From NCBI GenBank assembly GCA_020639315.1, contig JACKGM010000002.1, positions 222,321 through 286,320 on the forward strand: DNA of 64,000 nt, read 5' to 3'. Made by a program: the position numbers and the translations under genes. The notes below the pieces were generated by a model. That model was not told the DNA's origin, searched no databases, and was given only the letters and a program-made list of their open reading frames with translations. The DNA comes from Candidatus Nomurabacteria bacterium. GTDB lineage: Bacteria > Patescibacteriota > Saccharimonadia > JAGOAT01. Every line of letters starts with the position of its first letter. Position 1 is the stretch's first letter. Shown in pieces: positions 56,577 through 64,000 of this stretch.

Positions 56577-57134
56577 TTACCCACCTATATTTCGTATTTG
56601 TAGCCCCACCCCCCAATACCCCCCAATCCTCTCGACCCCAATCACCTCCCAATCATCCATCAAATCCTCTCGACTAACCTCCTCAGGTACCACAAAAAGC
56701 ACTACTGATCTTTGTCCTACCTGTTGACCAAGACTACTTAGTACCATGATTGCCAGATCTCGCCTAAGAAATCCATAGTACAATGTCCCCTCTCGCCATT
56801 GGTTTGGCAAATCTAGACTTCTCAAATCCTGACCGATACTATTCTGACCCCTGAGCTTTGCAGCCACCCTCAGCAACCAAAACTTCTCTATCCCCAAGAC
56901 CTGATAAAACCCACCTTGTTTTTTAATATACCTAAGCACCCGCCCATTGCCAGACCCAAGGTCAACAAACCGCCTCACTTTCATATTATTCAGTTCCGAT
57001 GATACTAGATCCAATGCTTGGTCAAGCTGCTCTGGCTTAAGATACACCTCCTCAGCCCCCGCCAGCCGAGATCTTTCTGCCAAATAAAACCGTCCCAAAA
57101 TAACACCCAATATCAAGACCAGAAGTACAACCAA
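56577..57134 (-). CDS. SAM-dependent methyltransferase (membrane-anchored)
   Basis: Motif I VDLGSGNGRVL; N-terminal TM helix. Confidence 0.6.
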   Translation of the reverse strand: MVVLLVLILGVILGRFYLAERSRLAGAEEVYLKPEQLDQALDLVSSELNNMKVRRFVDLGSGNGRVLRYIKKQGGFYQVLGIEKFWLLRVAAKLRGQNSIGQDLRSLDLPNQWREGTLYYGFLRRDLAIMVLSSLGQQVGQRSVVLFVVPEEVSREDLMDDWEVIGVERIGGYWGVGLQIRNIGG

Positions 57135-57154
57135 GCCAATACTAAAAGCTAGCC

Positions 57155-58591
57155 CTAGCGTACCCAGACCTGTGTCCCCACGCTAGCCCAATTGTAAATG
57201 AAGGCAGCAGTATCATCAGGCAAATTGACACAACCATGTGAACCACCATAATAATAATCCGGACCACCAAATTGAGTCCTCCACTCAGCATCATGGAGTC
57301 CAATCCCCCCATCAAAAGGCATCCAGTAATCTACAGGTACATCATAGCTCCAGCCATATGGGGCACCACTGAGTCTAGTATTGGTAGTCTTATAGTAGAT
57401 CCTAAACAATCCTCGATTGGTTGGGAATCCTGCCCCAGTAGCCCCACTAGTTACTGCTGAGTCATAGATCATATTACCGTTCTCATAGACCCAGAGATGT
57501 TGTTGGTCCAAACTTACCTCAATAAATGTCCCAGACTCTATCCCTGCTATCTGGTTATACACTACCTGAAATGGTACTTCCACCAGATATGCATTGGCGA
57601 TTATATTGCTCTGCCCCTCAGACAGCTGCCCATAAATCTTATCTACCAAACTAAGCTGATCAATACTCTGACCATTTTGACCTTCGCTAATCACATTGGT
57701 CACACCACCTGCAGCGGTAACCTGCTTGTTTTGGACGGGTATATCTACCTGACTCGCTACCGAGGCCACCCAATCAGCCACCGCCTGATGGTTGATTTCA
57801 AAACCGACCGATTCGAGCTCGGCTTGATAATCGTCTAGCCCAGGGTTAATAGGAGTAATCCAACCCGCCTTACTTACCTGATCGGCTACAAATACCCTCC
57901 CCCCAGACTCGATATCCACCTTTCCAGCTATCAATTCATTGATTTTATTTTTAGTAGTAATCAAATCTTTACTACGGACCTTGGCTTCGGTCGTCACCGG
58001 ATCGACCTCTACTACTATTGATTGCTTGCCGCTATTAAGAGCAGATACTATCTCTCGCTTCAAAACAGACAAATCTATCAGCTTACCTGGCAAATCTTCT
58101 ACCACAACAGCCTGCCCCCCTTCCATCGCTATCTGGGCATTTTGAGGCTTCTCAGCACTCTCAGCTATAACCTGATCCGTGACCTTGTCAAATTTATCTT
58201 GATCAAAATAATAGCTAAAGTTAAACTCAGACTCAGCATTATCTAGCATCACATTTGAGATATTGAGCAAAGCAAACTGAGTATGGCGACCATATTGGTA
58301 GGCAAGATCCAGGCTTGTTTCTAGATCAATAGATGCGCCCAAATCTTCCATACCAAGCTGATACTCTTTATCTCCCAGCTTTAGGGTTAATTCGATCTGG
58401 TCACTATCAAGATCCAGCTTATCTCTAGCTTCAGCCATGCTTATCCCGCCTAGTTGGTATCCGCCAAGGCTGACCCCAGGTAAAAACTTACCTTCTAGGT
58501 AAAATTGTAAGCCAGTATTGATAAGCAAGACAAATACCCCTATTGATAGTAGGGTGATTCCAATTTTCTTATGTTTTTTTAAGGCCTCCAC
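57155..58591 (-). CDS. L,D-transpeptidase (YkuD domain) with N-terminal anchor
   Basis: C-terminal GIGLHDA...GGSHGCVNLP catalytic motif. Confidence 0.8.
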   Translation of the reverse strand: MEALKKHKKIGITLLSIGVFVLLINTGLQFYLEGKFLPGVSLGGYQLGGISMAEARDKLDLDSDQIELTLKLGDKEYQLGMEDLGASIDLETSLDLAYQYGRHTQFALLNISNVMLDNAESEFNFSYYFDQDKFDKVTDQVIAESAEKPQNAQIAMEGGQAVVVEDLPGKLIDLSVLKREIVSALNSGKQSIVVEVDPVTTEAKVRSKDLITTKNKINELIAGKVDIESGGRVFVADQVSKAGWITPINPGLDDYQAELESVGFEINHQAVADWVASVASQVDIPVQNKQVTAAGGVTNVISEGQNGQSIDQLSLVDKIYGQLSEGQSNIIANAYLVEVPFQVVYNQIAGIESGTFIEVSLDQQHLWVYENGNMIYDSAVTSGATGAGFPTNRGLFRIYYKTTNTRLSGAPYGWSYDVPVDYWMPFDGGIGLHDAEWRTQFGGPDYYYGGSHGCVNLPDDTAAFIYNWASVGTQVWVR

Positions 58592-58595
58592 TTGT

Positions 58596-60929
58596 CTATT
58601 CTATCTTAACACGAAATTGCTCCCAAATGGAAGTGCCAATTTTATCAATATATTGATCGATTATCTCTCTATCTGGTTGTGCGCTTGCATCCAGATAAAC
58701 CCTCAGAGTCAGAGCGCGACTATCTTGATGGTAGTAATCTCCCAGGTAGCGAACGTCCACTACAAAATCTAGCTTCTCAATCGCTAGCTTGATCTGTGCA
58801 AACTCCAAGCTATCGCCATAGATGCGCAAGGTCAAGTCTCGTTTGGTCAGCTGGTAGGGATATGGGCTATAGTATTTCTGGTCCCTTTCAAGGCTTTGAA
58901 AATAATACCCCAAATCAAGCTCCAAGATACTAATCTCCTGATCTTTGACCCCAAGTTTTTCGAGTCTTGATTGCGAGATCTGACCAATATAGCCTACAGT
59001 TTGATTTTTGGCTGACTGATCAACTACCTTAGCTGCTCGGTTGGGTTGATACCCTTCAATATTTTTAGTCAACAAGCTCAGGCTGGTATTAGCAACCAAC
59101 CGCTCAAGCTCCTCTCTTGCTCGGACCAAAGAATTCTGGCCGCTAAATCCGATCGCCAGCTTACTGCTCTGGATCAACCCTTCCTGACCTTTTACAAAGG
59201 CATTACCAATCTCAAAAATCCCTAGCTCTTGATTGTCAAGATCGGGCCTAATCATCTGAGTAAGGTTGATCAAGATTCCTGGCAGTAAATCTGCCCTGAA
59301 ATATTTATGAGTGATTGAGACTGGATTTACTACTACTAGGTGTTCTGTCGCGTCCGCTTGACTCAACTCTAAGTCCAGTTGGCTGACCAAGGTATAGTTC
59401 AATACTTCGATTAGACCCCTAGCTACCAATTCTTTTCTTAACCCCAGTGAATCGATTAGCAACTGACTTGAGGGGTTGGCTGGATAATTGACTATCCGAT
59501 CATACTTGATCGGTATTTGATCCAAGCCGACTAGCTTGATTACTTCCTCTGCCAAGCCTGCTTGATCCTCCAGATCAGTCCTCCACCAAGGGATTTCCAG
59601 CTGACCCTTGGATTTGAGATAATTTAGCCCTAGTTTTTCTAATCCAGGTTTGATTTGGGCAAATTCTACCTCGACTCCTAGTAACCTACTTACTTTGGTT
59701 AAGTCAAATTTTAGACTTCCAGCTCGCCAATCAATTTCCCGATCAAACTCGATCGAAGAAATCAACTCTGCCTGAGCCAAATCTTTAAATATTTGAATAG
59801 ATCTAGCTAATGCCAGCTCGCTAATCAACTCTGCTGGCAAACCTTTCTCAAAATGGGTTGAAGCATCCGACCTGAGACCGTGTCGAAAACTCTGTCTACG
59901 AATGGTAGCAGGATTCCAGCTAACCATTTCGAGTAAAATCTGAGTAGTATCTTGATCAACTGCACTTGATAGCCCTCCCATCACGCCGGCAAGTGAGATT
60001 GGACCTGACTGATCAGCCAATATCAGATCCTGATCCCCAAGCTCTAGCTGACTATTATCCAGAGTAATCAGTACCTCTCCAGGTTTGGCAAACCTGATCT
60101 CTACCTGCCCTTGAAGCTTTTGATAATCAAAACAGTGTGATGGTTGCCCGGTCTCAATCATAATAAAGTTTGAGATATCGACTGCAAGATTGATTGACCT
60201 AATTCCGCTAGCTAGCAAGCTCTCGATCAGCCAATCTGGAGATTTGATACTTGGATCAATCTCCAGGACAACCCCTGCTACTAGTTCTGCCTGATTATCT
60301 ACCTCCAGCCTAATCAGGTTAGACTTGATTGTTGGATTGATTTGAGCTATCTCTGGCAACTTCAATCTAGCTTCGGTATGAACCGATACCTCTCGAGCTA
60401 ACCCAATTATGCTGAAATAATCCCAGCGATTTGAGGGTAAACTAAGGTCAAAAATCACCATTTCTTCAAGAATGCTTGAAATAGGTTGACCAAGTATCAG
60501 ATTATCCCCAGTCAGCTCCATAATCTTTGAGCTTTCTTTGGCTAGTCCTAGCTCATCTGCTCCACAAATCATACCATTAGACTGATGACCGAAGATTTTA
60601 CGTTTGGCAATCTTGAAACCTCCCGGAAGCTCTGTACCGGCCTGAGCAAAAGCTACCCTGATCCCGGCTCGAGCATTAGCAGCACCACATACTACATCAA
60701 TTAGTTCTGAAGAATCCGAATCGATCTTGAGTCGACAAACTTGCAATTTATCCGAGCCATCTATCGGACTAGCCTCCACGATTTCGGCTACGACTACCTT
60801 GACATCAAGCTCTTCAGCTACAATAATTTCCTCCACTTCTACCTCGGTTTTGGCAAAAGCCTGTTCGAGCTGACTAGTTGTCAGCTTTTTGTCCAAATAC
60901 TGGTTGATTTGTGCCAGTGAGACTCTCAT
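58596..60929 (-). CDS. pheT: Phenylalanyl-tRNA synthetase beta subunit
   Basis: tRNA-binding N-terminal domain, B3/4 and B5 domains. 4-nt overlap with pheS. Confidence 0.95.
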   Translation of the reverse strand: MRVSLAQINQYLDKKLTTSQLEQAFAKTEVEVEEIIVAEELDVKVVVAEIVEASPIDGSDKLQVCRLKIDSDSSELIDVVCGAANARAGIRVAFAQAGTELPGGFKIAKRKIFGHQSNGMICGADELGLAKESSKIMELTGDNLILGQPISSILEEMVIFDLSLPSNRWDYFSIIGLAREVSVHTEARLKLPEIAQINPTIKSNLIRLEVDNQAELVAGVVLEIDPSIKSPDWLIESLLASGIRSINLAVDISNFIMIETGQPSHCFDYQKLQGQVEIRFAKPGEVLITLDNSQLELGDQDLILADQSGPISLAGVMGGLSSAVDQDTTQILLEMVSWNPATIRRQSFRHGLRSDASTHFEKGLPAELISELALARSIQIFKDLAQAELISSIEFDREIDWRAGSLKFDLTKVSRLLGVEVEFAQIKPGLEKLGLNYLKSKGQLEIPWWRTDLEDQAGLAEEVIKLVGLDQIPIKYDRIVNYPANPSSQLLIDSLGLRKELVARGLIEVLNYTLVSQLDLELSQADATEHLVVVNPVSITHKYFRADLLPGILINLTQMIRPDLDNQELGIFEIGNAFVKGQEGLIQSSKLAIGFSGQNSLVRAREELERLVANTSLSLLTKNIEGYQPNRAAKVVDQSAKNQTVGYIGQISQSRLEKLGVKDQEISILELDLGYYFQSLERDQKYYSPYPYQLTKRDLTLRIYGDSLEFAQIKLAIEKLDFVVDVRYLGDYYHQDSRALTLRVYLDASAQPDREIIDQYIDKIGTSIWEQFRVKIE

Positions 60930-61951
60930 CGGACAAACCTCTGAGTAAGAAATCGATAATCTGGTCTCCAGAAGTAGCGAACATCTTCCACTCCGTATTT
61001 GACCGCCGCAATTCGATCTAGACCAAACCCAAAAGCAAATCCTTGATATATATCTGGATCAATACCCTGATTTTCAAGAATCTTTGGATGGACCATTCCT
61101 CCTCCAGCTAGTTCCAACCATTGACCTTGATACTTTACATCAATCTCGACCGAAGGTTCGGTAAAAGGAAAGAAACTCGGTCTTAGCCTAGTCTCAATCT
61201 GATCGTCTAATAGCTCCATTAGGATTGACTGAATCGCTCCCCTGAGATCAGCCATACTGACTCCCCGGTCTACGACCAAACCTTCTAGCTGATAAAAATT
61301 CCAGAGATGGGTACTGTCCTCATCCTCATTTCGATATACTTTACCCGGCACCAAAACTTTGATTGGCAATTGATTATTCTCTAGATACCTAATCTGAACA
61401 GGTGAAGTATGGGTCCTAGCAAGCATTTGCTTACCCTCATGATATTGATCGAGGTAAAAAGTATCCCAACCGTCCCTGGCTGGATGGTCTTCATCCATAT
61501 TAAGAGCGGTAAAATTGTACCAATCAGTCTCTACTTCAGGGCCATCAGTTACTCGGTAGCCGAGCTTGCCAGCAAGCTCAGTAATTTCTAATAAAATATT
61601 AGAGATAGGGTGAAGTCTAGCTTTGGGTTGGTTGGACTTGCCTAGAGGTGCTGATAGATCTAACCTACCCCAATCAGTGGTCTGACTTGCCAGTTCTTTT
61701 TCTCGATCTGCTGCCAACCTAATCATCTGATCTTTTATCTGATTAATCTTTTGACCGTAACTCTTGCGCTCCTCAAGGCTAGCATTACCAAGTCCCCGGA
61801 GAGCTTGGTTGATTTCACTCTTTTTACCCAAATACTCTCTTCTTAGCTCGGCTAGACCCTCTAGACTTGTTTGTTTTTTGAGTTGATACTCAAATTGATC
61901 TAGGATTTGTTCTAGATTTTCTAATCTGATTGATTGATTCCAATTTGCCAT
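60926..61951 (-). CDS. pheS: Phenylalanyl-tRNA synthetase alpha subunit
   Basis: FPFTEPSVEIDV and GFAFGFGLDRIA class II motifs. Confidence 0.96.
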   Translation of the reverse strand: MANWNQSIRLENLEQILDQFEYQLKKQTSLEGLAELRREYLGKKSEINQALRGLGNASLEERKSYGQKINQIKDQMIRLAADREKELASQTTDWGRLDLSAPLGKSNQPKARLHPISNILLEITELAGKLGYRVTDGPEVETDWYNFTALNMDEDHPARDGWDTFYLDQYHEGKQMLARTHTSPVQIRYLENNQLPIKVLVPGKVYRNEDEDSTHLWNFYQLEGLVVDRGVSMADLRGAIQSILMELLDDQIETRLRPSFFPFTEPSVEIDVKYQGQWLELAGGGMVHPKILENQGIDPDIYQGFAFGFGLDRIAAVKYGVEDVRYFWRPDYRFLTQRFVR

Positions 61952-61963
61952 ATCTTTACTAAA

Positions 61964-62410
61964 CTAATCTATTTTTTTAATATTTCTCGCGCCTGATCGC
62001 AAGTTCCTGATTAATTCTACTACAATTATGGTCAGTATCAAAAGAACCCCATCCCGATAATCAATAATCCTGAGACTACGAACTGCCAAGATAAATACTA
62101 TGACGGCAGATACTATCAGGCTTCTGATCAACTGCAGTCTAATGCCTGGCCAATCAGGTGACTTCTTGAGCTCCAGTTTGGACAAGCCGGTAAAAACTCT
62201 TCTTTGTCTGATCAACAATTGCAAGCTTGTCATAGCTAAGATTAGCAGACCAAACCAAAGCATTATACCAATCGGGCCGATTGACTCTGGTGTGCTTACA
62301 AAAATTAAGCCCAAAACTAATCCCCAGCTAATCAGATTGATGAGTACTATAATTACTCTCAGCCTTGAAATGTCAGTTCGACTCATCAAGATCTCTGTCT
62401 TAGTTTTCAT
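61964..62410 (-). CDS. Hypothetical 4-TM membrane protein
   Basis: 148-aa ORF with four hydrophobic helices. Preferred over antisense ORF 62100-62756, which runs into repeats. Confidence 0.5.
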   Translation of the reverse strand: MKTKTEILMSRTDISRLRVIIVLINLISWGLVLGLIFVSTPESIGPIGIMLWFGLLILAMTSLQLLIRQRRVFTGLSKLELKKSPDWPGIRLQLIRSLIVSAVIVFILAVRSLRIIDYRDGVLLILTIIVVELIRNLRSGARNIKKID

Positions 62411-62527
62411 CGTCTTATCTTACCACAAAACCCCGCCCAATAGAATTAAATCTAAACGAACCTTACCGGCCAAATCAACCCTCTTTTTCTTTCTTTGGGC
62501 TTGCGTTATGGCAGTTTACAATACAAA

Positions 62528-62963
62528 ATACTGGATCCCCCGTAAGTTCTCCGAACTTCGGAAGATGACAGAAGAGGGACAGGTTTCGGAGGATGACAGG
62601 AGTTGGTCACCAAACCAAATTTCCGCTCTCTCCGCGTGTCATCTTCCAAAATCCCTTACTCCTCGCGTGTCATCTTCGGATTTCCCTTTAGGGAAATACC
62701 GGAGATCCAGTATCTGGATTGGATTCCAAAAATGCGAAATGCTGGATCCCCCGTAAGTTCTCCGAACTTCGGAGGATGACAATCCCCTTCCCGTGTCATC
62801 TTCGGATTTCCCCTTGGGGGAATACCGGAGATCCAGTATCTGGATTGGATTCCAGAAATGCGAAATGCTAGATCCCCCGTAAGTTCTCCGAACTTCGGAG
62901 GATGACAATGCCCTTTTGTGTCATCTTCCAAATTTCCGTAGGAAATTATGGGAGATCCAGTAT
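62528..62963. repeat. Hairpin-unit cluster 3 (class A units -, class B/C units +; 125-126 bp higher-order period)
   Basis: Units at 62528-62570(-), 62668-62713(+), 62739-62781(-), 62794-62839(+), 62865-62907(-) and 62919-62963(+). Half modules at 62571-62598, 62608-62636 and 62637-62667. Confidence 0.9.
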
Positions 62964-63270
62964 TTGAACCACAAATTTTAATAACCTGAACACAATATTT
63001 ATTTTTGATTTTTTGTGACTATAAATGAGTACCAAATTAGCTACAATATTAACTATTGGCTAGAGTAAAATATTTACTCAGCCTTCAGCCAAACACCTAG
63101 CAAACAATTTTGGTATGAATAATAATTGATTTCCCTAGCTAAAACGCTAGAGAGACTAGCTGTACTAGTTTTTACTATGGATTTTTGACACCGACTTAGT
63201 CCGCAATCATATGCCAATGTATCCATTCAGATTATTATTTTTTTTAACTTACTTACTCCCTAAATATAGG

Positions 63271-63847
63271 ATACCCAAAACCAAACCGGACAATTTGGGA
63301 CTACTAATAAAGAGTTGGAAAGTTAGTTCATTTTATGAACCTTACTTATCTATTTAAGCCAAAATATTAAAATACCGCTATGTCGCAAAATATTATTTAC
63401 TATTACCTTTACCCCCAAGTATTCTCTTCTCTTTTGCCATCCTCCGAGTAGCTAGCTCTGTTTATTGTCATCCTCCGAAACCTGTCCCTTCTTTCTACCG
63501 CCCTCCGAAGTTCGGAGAACTTACGGGGGATCCAGTATTCCCGCATTTGCATTGTCATCCTCCGAAACCCGAAGGGTTTACGTGGGATCCAGTATTTTGC
63601 ATTCCTGAGGCTCAACTCAAATACTGGATCTCCCATAATTTCCTACGGAAATTTGGAAGATGACTAGAGGAGAGTATTGTCATCCTCCGAAGTTTGGAGA
63701 ACTTACGGGGGATCCAGTATTTTGTATCTGGAGTCATCAACAAAAGACAAGTTGGTTTTAGGTTAAGATTAGTATCCATAGTATACCCAAAACAAAACCA
63801 GCATTAGTAGTCCCAAATTGTCTGGTTTTGGTTTGGACATGCTATAG
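63271..63847. mobile_element. Long member of the MITE family (~577 bp) enclosing hairpin-unit cluster 4
   Basis: Left arm CCCAAAACCAAACCGGACAATTTGGGACTACTA (63274-63306) and right arm TAGTAGTCCCAAATTGTCTGGTTTTGGTTTGG (63805-63836). The left ~75 nt align with the short MITE left half, and the element ends ...ACATGCTAT. Confidence 0.6.
63434..63720. repeat. Hairpin-unit cluster 4
   Basis: Class A units (+) at ~63499-63538, 63553-63595 and 63678-63720. Class C unit (-) at 63621-63665. Half modules at 63434 and 63466. Confidence 0.85.
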
Positions 63848-63991
63848 ATATAATATTGAGTTTTATTCTACACTATTGCTCTAAATCTTTAACCTTATTG
63901 CAGGCAATGCCAGAAACTTTTGCAAATGTAAACTAAATCAGCTATGATATTGACATAAGGGGTTCTGATCAATTTAAAGGAGAAAACCTAT

Positions 63992-64000
63992 ATGCAAAAC
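63992..64000 (+). CDS. Possible start of a CDS running off the window
   Basis: AAAGGAG 9 nt upstream of the ATG at 63992; only 3 codons visible. Confidence 0.25.

Noticed and set aside
62100-62756. 218-aa + strand ORF
   Set aside because: It is antisense to a well-formed 4-TM membrane protein ORF for its first 310 nt and then runs through the hairpin-unit cluster, so the composite reading frame is an artefact.
1-64000. tRNA, rRNA or tmRNA genes
   Set aside because: No GGTTCGAATCC-type T-arm with acceptor pairing, no rRNA-like conserved stretches and no tmRNA termini were seen in any intergenic region.

Overview
The window looks like a compact, gene-dense bacterial chromosome segment. Most genes are on the minus strand and many have 4-14 nt start/stop overlaps. 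The content resembles a reduced-genome, CPR/Patescibacteria-like, Gram-positive-type organism, but that taxonomic reading is inference only. Housekeeping genes recognised from protein motifs: mraY(3' end)-ftsW-ftsQ-like, topA, dprA, gltX, rodA, ileS, trmB, tldD/pmbA, nrdJ, nrdR, ftsZ, ftsA, map, adk, ybeY, rpsU, recJ, secDF, priA, def, fmt, nadD, ruvX, pheST. There is also an RNase P RNA (type A), a two-subunit ATP-citrate-lyase-like pair, a GGDEF cyclase, a VirD4/TraG-like ATPase, an LPXTG protein and an L,D-transpeptidase. No tRNA, rRNA or CRISPR array was seen. The unusual part is the non-coding DNA, where I see four things. (1) About 20 copies of a ~43-46 nt hairpin unit sit in four clusters, two of them bracketing ftsZ. 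The units show compensatory stem changes, a conserved T.G wobble, a conserved bulged A and a strict orientation rule between unit classes, which is BIME/REP-like. (2) Eight 'doublets' of a short perfect palindrome all have exactly 45 bp centre-to-centre spacing but three different arm sequences. Two doublets bracket an HUH/Y1 (RAYT-like) transposase gene, and a decayed RAYT-like paralog lies next to another. (3) A ~162 bp MITE-like element occurs in two short copies, one abutting rnpB, plus a long ~577 bp copy that encloses a hairpin-unit cluster. (4) There are several orphan structured regions, including a near-consensus promoter that fires into a gene-less structured segment. AT-rich islands carry a KilA-N gene and orphan ORFs. 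All functional calls come from reading motifs only. No database search was possible.
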